Below are positions 53,205-64,000 of a DNA stretch of 64,000 nucleotides, piece after piece. The notes under the pieces are model-generated. The model made no database searches. It saw only the letters and a program-made list of their open reading frames with translations, and was not told the origin of the DNA. Position numbers and translations under genes: made by a program. Origin of the DNA: Bigelowiella natans CCMP2755 (Eukaryota > Protista > Cercozoa); contig ADNK01000503.1 in assembly GCA_000320545.1 (NCBI GenBank), forward strand, positions 124,001 through 188,000. The letters run 5' to 3'. Every line of letters starts with the position of its first letter. Positions within the stretch are counted from its first letter, which is position 1.

Positions 53205-55990
53205 GGCTCAGTCATTTATCGAGGCGGCTAATTTCACCACTGAGCGTTTGACGAGGCTTGGTCTTAGCGATCTGGTAATAATGAATATCCAAGTTACCAT
53301 TAAGTACTACTCTCTAGTGAGGTTCAACTCAACGTATGATTATAATTAAGCACCATTGCACTCCATAGATTTGAATAGAAGTACAGGAAATGAGTTGTGT
53401 TGTCTACTAATTTCAATTTGTAGGCTGAAAAATCAACGATTGTGCCCGAAAGTGTCGGTGTAACATCGAAGGTCGGCCCTACCACCCCTGGATACACCGC
53501 TACAGTTCGGTAAGAGGACCACATGCATGTCACACACGTATTTCAGACAGAGAGAGGAGAGGAGAGACGAGGGGGGGTGAAACGGGGACAAAGTTAAGTT
53601 TGCATACGCGCACTGATTCAGTGGTCACGAACGATCTATCCATTCATCATTCATAACAGTCTCGATGCTGAAGATCTAAATGATCCCCTGGCCTTCCTTT
53701 TGGTGAGTAAACAATATAGCAGTGGCCATGAGTTGAGTGCCTCAAATTAGTAAATGCATCCATGCATATCCATCGATAAATCCATCAACCAATCATCGAC
53801 AGGACCCTGACTTCAAAGGGCCTTGGATTCCGGATCGCAAGAGAATGCCAGGAACAGGTTGTTGCTCATTTACTCCATCATGATTGGTGGCGATGTTGGT
53901 CTTCATGATGCTTTGTCAGTTGTGTGAGGAGACCAAATATTCTCCATAGTTTGAGCAGCAGCAGTTGCTGTAGCTATTGATTATCCTAACAGACTATTCA
54001 CGAATCTAACCATTTCCATTGCTTGTCGTCAATTTTTTGAAATTCGGTCATCAATACAAAAAAGGATGGGATGTTCCTCCTGATGATCCAATGGGAATTG
54101 TACTGCCAGGGTAGTAGTAGTAGTAGTAGTAGTAGTAGTATGAGGAATGGACGACAGGCACGACAATAGAAGAAGAAGAAGAAGAAGAAGAAGAAGAAGA
54201 GGAGAGATCATGCTATTTGCCATCTCGATTCAGTGCTAATATCCCTACCAGCTCCACTGATAACAACAACAACTACAACAACAAATGTGATGCAAGTGCA
54301 ACATTTTGCACTAATCATATCACGATGATGATGACGATGATGATGATGATGATGATGATGACAGTCTGGAAGGTGCGCAAGGGGATGGAGACTCTAAGGT
54401 CTATACATAGAATCATACGACAATCAGAGATATAATAAATGAAAGATAAATCTTCCTGTACATTGATGCATACGTTTAGCTACTGCTATACAACACACTC
54501 ACACACAATTACACACAGACAAACTGCATCATTCATATAATCATCATTGTTGCATCATGATATGTTTCTTGGGCTGATCACGTTATTGTAAGTAATTGAT
54601 TGTACATCTCATCATCATCGTTTCCGCCTCTGCTTTTGTTTTCCCTTCTTCTTCTTCGTCTTCTTCTGTACACTCGCTTCTAAAGTCAAACGCTCCACAC
54701 AGACTCGTTGAAGATCAGGTTGCTAGTAGTAGCGGTAGCTAGTGGCAAATATATGAGACCTCCTCCTCCTTCCCCTTCCTAAGTGCTCTCTCTCTCTCTC
54801 GCTCTCTCGATAGAAAGCTATCACACACCTCACACAGTTCTCGTATCATCCTCCTTAAAACATTCTCATGCTCACATGATCGTGGTTTATTAGATGGGCC
54901 GAATTTATATTGGAAATCTACCTGAAACGAATGTTTATGAGATCAAGTCGTTCTTCAACAAGGTACTATAGCAGTTAATTGGAAACTACCGTCCTCCTCT
55001 CTTTTCCTTTGGTTATTGGCATTTGTTACGTCCCTCCTCACCCCCCCCCTTCGTCGAAGTAGTAGTCGGTGTTGTTTTGACACGATAACAACAACATACT
55101 TTTGGTTGTTGTGGATCTTCTTCTTCTTCTCCTTGCTACCGTTTATTACTTCTTCAAGGTTATGACCGACGGACAAGGATGGAGTAGGCGAGATGGAAAC
55201 TCCGTTATACAGGTTGTAGCAACGAGCCAGTGGTAGTGAGTGAGAGAGTGAGCTCTTGTTGTTCAAATGCCATCATCGCATCATATCAACATACAAGTAA
55301 GACCACAAGAGAAGTAGACGAAGAAGAAGAAGAGGAGGAGGAGGAGGAGGAGGAATGGAAGTATTTTAGATAGAAACAGAAATGCACTGTTAGTCCTCAG
55401 TGAGAGCTGCTTATATCGCTAGAGACATCGGGTGTCGTCGCTCTGCAAGATACTGATTACGATTGTCAAATAGAAAGTTGCTTTTTGTGAACGTTCATCC
55501 ATCGTCGTTGCATCAATGCGTGGAGCTGATACACCAGAGATGAGCTGTATCATTGAGACAGCAATTCTCAGAAGTATGGATCTCCATTTAGCCTCACCCT
55601 CTGTGTTCTCTCGGTCCCTTCTTCTCTTCTGCCGTCCTTGTGTCATGTGCATGATGGTAGGCATTCTACAACCCTGTACGCAGCTATGGATTTCTAGAGT
55701 TTCGAACCATAGAAGAGGTACTCTCTCCCTCCTCCTCCTCCTTCCCCTCTTTTGGCCATAGAACATATCCTCGATTATCGTGAGATCAATCATGCTGCTT
55801 CATCAGGCAATGCAAGCTTTGGAGCTCGATGGAGTGTACTTCAAAGGCATTCCTGTCAAGGTAGTAGGAGATGAAGCAAGAACAGCAGCTACAGCAGCTA
55901 CAGCAGTAACTATTTCTAAGTGTTGATCTAGGACATATGAGGGCGACTATCGTAATGATAATAATGATGAGTTTACTATCTCCGCACATC

Positions 55991-56025
<35 letters not shown>

Positions 56026-56583
56026 ACACAATTGTAATAATAACACAGGTTGGCAGACCTGTTGGTTTTAACGCAAAGTTATTGGAAGAGAAGCGCAAAG
56101 GCCAACCGCCTCCTGCAAAGTAGTAGTTGTAGTAGTAGTAGTAGTAGTAGTAGTAGCAGTAGTAGCAGTAGTAGCAGGTGCAGATCATGATCATCTCTAA
56201 TGGGTTAATAATAGCTTACAGTAGTGAGTAGGAATAAGGGTGATGGATGTGTCTTCCTCTTTGACTTCGTCGTCGTCATCATCATCATCATCACCACCAC
56301 CACCACCATCATCAACTTCATCGTGTATAATCCTAAGGTTGAAAGTGACCGTTCCGCGACTTGGAAAGAAAATGGATTACATAGAACCCGACTATGGGCC
56401 TACAAGGTCTGATGATAATGATGGGGAGGAGGAGGAGGAGGAGGAGGAGGAGGAGGAGGAGTAAAGTGTATTTGTAGCAGCACCAGCAGCAGCAGCAGTA
56501 GCAATCGACTATCAACGACAGACACAACACCTCCTCTTTTTCTCTTTTTCTTCTTCTTCTTCTCCGTTGAAGAGGAGCTTTCT

Positions 56584-56639
<56 letters not shown>

Positions 56640-56693
56640 TCCTCCATTCTCTCTTTCTCCTTTCTTCCTTGCACTATTATCCGGATCTGCTGC

Positions 56694-56728
<35 letters not shown>

Positions 56729-57933
56729 GCTTAAACACCACCATACCCCTCTCTCGAACAACACTTACGGAGCGAGAAGCATTTTTAATATGCATTAACT
56801 AGCTTTTCCTCCCCCTCCCCCTCCTCCTCATAAGACTGAAGATAGAAGGAATACCGAAGAAGTTAGAGGAGATGCACTTGCGTCAGCTTCTGGTACCAAA
56901 ATATAATAGTAGTAGTAATAATAATAATAATTATGATAATGATATTAATAAATAGTCTTTACATGTAGAACTGCTTCGAAACCGTCGTCTCACTTACATT
57001 TATGACTCAAGACCAACTTTTCATTATCATCGTTTCAATGTCATGAGCGGCGTCACTGCTGACGACGTGTAGCGGTGGTTGTGAGTTGAAATATACAAAT
57101 CGGCGGAGTGAATTCAGAGCGATGCCTTCCTTTATCATCATTACAGGAGGCCTTTGGACTATTGCAGGGACTTTATTATCCACGCGATGAGGTTGGAAGC
57201 GACATAACACGGCGGGGGGAGGAAACGCAACACTATACACTGTTTGTGGGACGATTGCTTGCGGCTGTCTTGAAGATGACAGAGGGGGGTTGGAATACTC
57301 GTAGTTGTGTTTTGGTGATGATGAGCAACGTGAGCCCTCCCCCCCCTCTAGCACATCCAACTATTGGGTGATGAAGAAGCATGCATAAATCTATATGTTG
57401 TATTGATGATGCCGCCGCCGAATATCGGTTGTTGTCACCTGTGTTGTAGGTCGCAGACGAGGAGGAGTTTGCTTGGTAAGATCGAAAGAAATTATCATTC
57501 AGCATGGATAATGATGATGATGATGAGGAGGAGGAGGAGGAGGAAAAGGATAAAAACAGCTGCGACAAAAACTGTATCGACGCAGTAGACTATGTTTGTT
57601 GAAATTTACTGCATTACGATAGTCACACATCGTGTTACTCTCCTTGAGAGTAGCGTTTCCACCTCTTGTCTTTCATATAAGTGCATCATCATCAATTTCT
57701 GATATTAGTGTGTGTGTGTGTGTGTGTGTGTATCAGGGCTTTGTGCTTGTACAACGACACGAATCTAAATCCCGTTGTAATCAAAGGCCTCAATGGACTA
57801 GAGGTCAGTCATCGTCAATCTTCACTTCGTAATATTTCTCTTTCTTTTTTTCTCAAATTGCACGACGTGTGTTCTTGCTCGTATTCTCATTTCTTGATGT
57901 ATGCTTACACCATCGCCAATCTTTGTTTCTTTG

Positions 57934-57979
<46 letters not shown>

Positions 57980-59000
57980 CCCCTACCCGCCTCTCTCCAT
58001 ACTTCTCAGGTAATGGAAGGCAAACTGGTTGTGAGGCCAGCAATTCCAGGACGTGATTTCCCAGCAATCCCGGTATTGTTGCTTTATCATTCGGCATTGG
58101 TTATTCGCCGCTGTTTTATCCATCCTCAATATTCGTATTATTGTATTGTGTTATTGATTTTGTTCGTATTGTCTGCTATTAACTATATTCCTCTCAGCTG
58201 AATGCGCAAAATTTGGATTTGCCAACGATGATGAACCTAGGTCAGATAGATAGATCAGATAGATAGATAAATGCATTCTAGTGGTAGTCTCTCTCTCCCC
58301 CTTTCTTCTTCTGTAATTCTTTGAGTTTGATGAAAGCGGCGAAGACGACGTTAAAACGGTGATTGATTCCTATCTGTTTTTTCTCCCCCTCCTTTCCTCA
58401 TTTTTCAGGAAAGATTGACGGTCGCGTGGTCATGCCACAACCAGAGATTCCAGGTGGTGATGAGGGTGAGGGTGAGGGTGACACTGATGTGTGATTGAGA
58501 CGGTGATGATGATGGAAATGATGATCATGATAATGATGATTTTATCCTTTGGTAGAAATGGTGGCTGGAGCTACTTTGCCTAAGAATTACACGCATTCGT
58601 AAGAAGGACCAAAAAATAGCAAAATGAGCTTAGCTAAGCACATATACACAATATTTATTATCATAAAATTAGTATTCGAAAGAAACATGACGAAAGAAAT
58701 GTAATGCCGGCATGCTGTGATGATTTTTGGTTATGTTATTAGGGAGAGCGCGTGCGTATTGGCTAATCTAGCAATGGACACCCAGACCCGCATCGTGGTA
58801 TGTATGTTGTGTTCCTAAAGCAGCAGCAGCATTCGTCGTCCTTTTAGTGAATAGTAATACGCACCAGGAGCCTGAAAAAAGGCTTGTACCTTTATTTCCT
58901 CTCCCTAGTTGTAGTAGACAGTACATGTTGGAAAGAATAGTAGTAGTAGTAGTAGTAGTAGTAGTGTACTCACCACTGCATACATATGAGGAAGAGGAAG

Positions 59001-59049
<49 letters not shown>

Positions 59050-59349
59050 GAGGAGGAGCACTAATGTGAGCGTGATCTTCACCACCACCACCACCACCAC
59101 CACCAGGTTTTGTTTCATATGGCTACCGAGGATGAACTTAAGGATGATGAGGAGTAATTATGAGAATATGAGCACTAGCATTTTACACCACCACACAGAT
59201 TAGCTTTGCAGTATAATCGGTCGTCATTGTGTGTTTTTTTGTTGTATTGATGAAGGTACAATGACATTAAAGAAGAGATTGAGGAAGAGTGTGCAAAATA
59301 TGGTTGGTGTCTCATGTATTTCATTTATCATAATTTACGCATTCTCTCT

Positions 59350-59411
<62 letters not shown>

Positions 59412-59789
59412 GTGCGTTCATTATATTTTGCATGCGTCGATATTCATGTATGGGCTGGAGCAAATGAGTATCAAAAGAACATATTTCCACGATATACATG
59501 GTCTGAATTTTGTGAATGGGTTTTGTCGCATGCCCCCCCTTCCCCCTCACGTAGGGATGCTAAAGAAAGTCGTTATTCCTCGCCCGAATACAGAAGGAGG
59601 AGGAGGAGGTCTGATTTCTTCCACCCACACTCTAAATAGCAGCTGTTATTTTTCACATTATTGTAGAGTCGCTAGTGAGCTTACATATCTTCATTTCTCT
59701 GATCCACCTCTCTTTCCGTATTATGCTTTATGCTGATATTCAATGCTCTTCCTCTTCTGCCAAAGCTGCTGCCTTGTGCACCTTATCAG

Positions 59790-59821
<32 letters not shown>

Positions 59822-60246
59822 CTACTATGATGTAACCAACAATGTAGGGGTCGGAAAAGTTTTCTTGGAATACGTTAATGAAGTGGTTGCCAGCAAAGTA
59901 CTACGATGATGATGCCGCATCATTTATCTGATAACATGAAGATGATCATTCTGCTACTCTTTCTCCTCGTGACAATCTACCATACATCAGGCATTGCAGC
60001 AAATAAGAGGCCGCCGCTTTGGGAACAACACCGTTGATGGAGGGTTGATTTACTCATAGTAGTGATGATGATAATGATGATGACCGGTTCATTTCCCTTG
60101 AGATTAAATCAAGTGATTATTCCAATAAAATAACGATGATTTCGTTTTTACCCGATTGGTGTCCTAGTATTATATTTTGTTGTTTAGGCGAACGCACCCT
60201 CCTTTAAACTGAAATGTGTGGTTGCTCTTCTCTCTCTCTTTCTCTC

Positions 60247-60285
<39 letters not shown>

Positions 60286-60388
60286 CTATTGCTGTAGATT
60301 CTGGCCTGAAGAGCAATGGTCTATCCACAAGGTAGGTCTCTGCTAGTAGTAGTACCATCATAAATCTACAACTAATTGTCATTATCTA

Positions 60389-60419
<31 letters not shown>

Positions 60420-60698
60420 CATATTACACTTTTTATAAAAATTGTGCTGGTATCAAACTCTAAGAATGTTGTCCCTCGGAGTAGTTGCATCTCCTTTCAA
60501 ATTCCCATACGTTCTCTATACCACATCATCATCATTAATCATCATCATCATTATCATCATTAGCTGGATAATCTTGATAAAGCGTATCATGAGAATCCAC
60601 AACTTGAGAACCACGATCACACTGCTAATTCCACTCAATGGCCAAAATCTCGTGTTGGCTCCGAAGACGCAATACCAAATCTGACAGAGAAAAATTGA
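51415..60698 (+). CDS. U2AF2: U2AF large subunit (U2AF65)-like splicing factor with N-terminal signal-peptide-like leader (>25 exons)
   Basis: RG/RD-rich region; ULM-like RKRMPGTGWDVPP; RRM1 RIYIGNLP..IKSFFN..VAFCE..ALELDGVYFKGIPVKVGRP; RRM2 ..LRQLLEAFG..ALCLYND...VIKGLNGLEV...LVVRPA; UHM YNDIKEEIEEECAKYGMLKKVVIPRP..GVGKVFLEY...ALQQIRGRRFGNNTV. The exon phases I traced are consistent. Confidence 0.85.
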
Positions 60699-60824
60699 TC
60701 TACTTCTCATGCGAAGAACATCAACCATAGCAATCCTAAATAGACGATAGTAATGCAGCAACATACAGAAGCATAGACAGCTGCTAGCTGCGATGCTGGT
60801 TGATCAAGATGTGTCATCATAATA

Positions 60825-60920
60825 AGACGGATGTAATGAATATATTAATTTTTTTCAATTTTCATAATGTGGCTATGCAAAACTGCGGCTACAGCGCTTA
60901 TAAATTGTAGCTGTTTGTCT
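60825..60920 (-). repeat. Dispersed intergenic element, copy 4 (inverted)
   Basis: Reverse complement reads aacagctacaatttataagcgctgtagccgcagttttgcatagccacatta..ttgaaaaaaa..ttcattacatccgtct. Confidence 0.85.
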
Positions 60921-61532
60921 CTGCTATGATGTCATTCATGCATACGATTGCAAATGGTCGCGTGTGTCGTGCTGCTCGCGCAAGATTGCGCGTTTATACA
61001 TTGTGAGTCGTTTCGTTTCATCGCATGGCCGTCTATACAAGTGATTGCCTATTTCATTTAATGTCATCGATCATCGCATTACATACACTTGTTAATATCA
61101 TATCGAGGATACTCGAGCATCCCAAACTTCTAAACATAGACATTGATTATTTTGTGCTTTATTTATTTTCTGTATATTCGCATTTTTTCCCCGAAGACGG
61201 TGTATGTCTTTTTTCATTTTTTGCAATCTTTACATTTATTTGTTGTACTGGTGATTTTGTAGGGCCTTGTGCCTTGCCTCGAACTCCAAATATGTAACAA
61301 TACGTAAGCCTTTCGACGACAAACTTAGACGTGCGCACAATGACCCATCACTGCTTTGTACACGATTTAGGCGATGTGATTGCTTAATAACATACTGAGC
61401 CAAATCAGTGGAAGCGCTTGCAGCACAATTGCGCTACACTAGCTTCGTTTGCTCACACGTAGAGATAGAAGATGCTAGTTCCACTTAATCTGGACAGGGT
61501 GCGTGTATCGCGTCTTCCACGCACTATCTAGA

Positions 61533-63113
61533 CTATGCACGAACCTGCCATCGGATGATATTTATAGATGACTTGCCTTCAAAATTACACACGGACGATC
61601 CAGATCGCAGAAGAAGATGGCGATCTGGACTGCGACAAAAGAATCCACGACGACAGTTTTCAATATGGATGTACGATGTGCAGTTACTTCTCCGTATTTT
61701 GCTTTGGAACGTCCACGTTCCCCTCATCATCAAGGGGGATCAAGATGACTTCACTCGCACCCCCACTAAATGTGCGACACCAAACACAGGAAGAATACCC
61801 ATTATCACCCAAAAAAAACAATGGAATGTGAGAATTGCGGAAATATGAAATAGTAGGCACAATGTAATTTACCTAGCATTGAATCCCTTGTCCAACAATG
61901 TCTCGCTATCATCGTTTTGGATTTCCTAAGGTTATGCATTTATGTTATAGTTGCAGTTTGGGTTGCTGACGATGAATCTTCGGTATCATGTGCAATATTT
62001 TCAAAATCCATAGATACAGTAGATTGCTACCTTTCCATTGAAAATGAGCTTGAACTTCCATGCACCCGGGGTACCCATTCCTGGCCTGCATACGTGGCAG
62101 AACCATGCCATAGCTAGATCTTTCCCCGTCTTCAATCCTTGAGGATGGATTCATTCATTCGTGTGGATGCAAATTGAACAATGTGATGTTATTTCATTCA
62201 TCGTACCTATGTCAAATTGAATTGTGATCTTGTTATCAACGTTAGGAGTTTTGAAAATAACTGGAACTTCTCCTGTTGGGGAACGTTTCGATGTGAACGT
62301 GGTTCCCATGCCTGCTTTATGGAGTTGTTTCCGCTGTTGTACCATCAGATTGCGTACTCAATAAGGATGCGAATGAACGTACACACACACACACACACAC
62401 ACATAGCTAGATAGCACACCTGAGTACGTGAGTGCTTGTAGATCTAGTCTCCAGTATTTGTTGTCGTAGTTAGTTCATCCTCATCACCGAGTCGCTCATG
62501 TCATCTCGAAGCTATTTCAACACTGCGACAACAAATATTTCGACATTTTTTAACATTACATCAATAAACGCTGCTCTCCCCCATCGTCGAAGCTCATCGT
62601 TTACCACATCAAATACAAAGCGGTGGGTAGGACTGCAACAAAAACATCCAGCTGCTTGCTACTCGCATTTAGCGGCAAGTGTTCCTTCCCCTCGAAACAA
62701 TTGGACTTGAAGGAGATGAAGGGTGAGCAAGGGGAGGGCACATCGGGGGCGTTCGTAGTCTAGTATGAGCTCAAGGAGGCGGCTTCAATCAAGACTCCCA
62801 ACTTGGAGAAAATCGGCCTACCTGCTCAGATATCTGCTGGTAATTTGACAGCATATACATCGAACAACCTGGAGATTTTCCTTCTTCTTCTTCTTCTTCT
62901 TCTTCTTCTTCTTCTCCTCCTCCTCCTTCTCCTTCTTCTTCTTATTCTTTCTGTTGAATTCCGAACCGCTAGCTCCTCCTCTACGTAATCACAGCTCATA
63001 GCTGCTGCTGCTTCCACCACCTTCCGTTCCAATTCTTCTTCTACTTATCATCTTTCTATGCTCCTGAAGTTTGATGTCGTAGCATTTTTTGATGATGATC
63101 ATGATCATAATCA

Positions 63114-63146
<33 letters not shown>

Positions 63147-63591
63147 CATCACAGGGCCCATCATTTCTCGAAGGCTCAGTGAGCGCGGCTAGGTAAAGTT
63201 TTCAATATGAACGACAAAACAGAAGAGGAAGAAAAAGAAAACGAAGAAGAAGAAGAAGAAAACATCTGATGAACAACGACATAGCAAGAGAGAGCATCTG
63301 ATGATGAAAATAACGACATCGACGCAAGAAAAAGAGGAGAAGATCTTGGGTGGCCAAGATATATGAGAAGAGTGCAGTACTCGATGATACAGACAAACTA
63401 TTCTTATAATTTACGTGCTTTGAATATGTGTGTGTGTGTGTGTGTGTGTGTGATGCACATATGTGAATAATCAGCCGCTTAATTTACTTCCTGTTTCTCC
63501 GGACAACGATAACATGCGGAGAGGAAACACCCTCTGATTTTGATCGGAATTCGGTAATGAAAGAATAAACAATATGACAGAGCGCACACTG

Positions 63592-63631
<40 letters not shown>

Positions 63632-64000
63632 TATAATTTAAAACAATGTGCGTGATTGTCATTGTGGTAAGCAGACAGATGCTGCAAAACACCCAATGAG
63701 TTGTAACGTGGTATCATCATGTTTCCTATTACTGCGGAGGTCATATGATATATTTCCACAGCGCACTCTTCTTCCTCGTTCGTCATTTAAGTAAACCATA
63801 CCATGCAGGGTGATTGGAGTGGATCCAAATTCTGCAATGACAGATGCTTGGTAGTGATGATGATGATGATGATGATAGCGATGAAATAACACTAAAAATT
63901 ACTTGTCCTTCCTCTGATACACACCCTCACCCACAGTTTATGAGGTCCTCACCCAAGTCGATACAATCCACATGTTCGAATCTAATGAGCTTTGTCAATG
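61533..64000 (-). CDS. Probable multi-exon gene, 3' part, unknown product (5'-truncated)
   Basis: Short non-repetitive segments bounded by minus-strand GT/AG sites alternate with microsatellite-filled introns. I could not assemble a recognisable protein. Confidence 0.4.

Noticed and set aside
15117-60920. Dispersed element as CRISPR repeat, tRNA or tRNA-derived SINE
   Set aside because: The copies are not arrayed with spacers, and I see no cloverleaf, A/B boxes or cas genes.
570-63892. Numerous ORFs with poly-YI, poly-LS, poly-CV, poly-HT or poly-M runs
   Set aside because: They are translations of intronic microsatellites that lack stop codons, not proteins.
1-64000. Alternative genetic code, selenocysteine or non-canonical (AT-AC) introns
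   Set aside because: All conserved regions I traced assemble with the standard code and GT-AG introns.

Overview
Gene-dense eukaryotic nuclear DNA with short GT-AG introns, many carrying microsatellites. Most ORF-track entries are repeat or antisense artefacts, so I rebuilt genes by joining exons by hand; exon boundaries are predictions. About 15 genes in order: GNPTAB/Stealth-like (partial, +), multipass membrane protein with an LPMO-like ectodomain (-), DD3-3-like (+), C2H2 zinc-finger protein with two YHS/TRASH-like modules (-), NEK kinase (+), small protein with a bipartite-like leader (-), GT-A-like protein (+), PLXDC/TEM7-like (-), unknown 810-aa protein (+), AAAP amino-acid transporter (+), VPS26C (-), PDRG1 (+), PFDN4 (-), eIF3k (+), U2AF65-like (+), and a partial unknown gene (-). 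The strongest leads are: (1) a U2AF65-like splicing factor starting with a signal-peptide-like leader that ends in LRGG, a candidate nucleomorph/periplastid-targeted spliceosome subunit if the host is a chlorarachniophyte-type alga (inferred, not shown); (2) a putative metal-sensing YHS/TRASH + C2H2 transcription factor with a skippable exon; (3) an LPMO-like membrane protein lacking the histidine brace; (4) a four-copy 80-100 bp intergenic element, one copy apparently inserted into an (AT)n tract. I recognised no rRNA, tRNA or CRISPR features.
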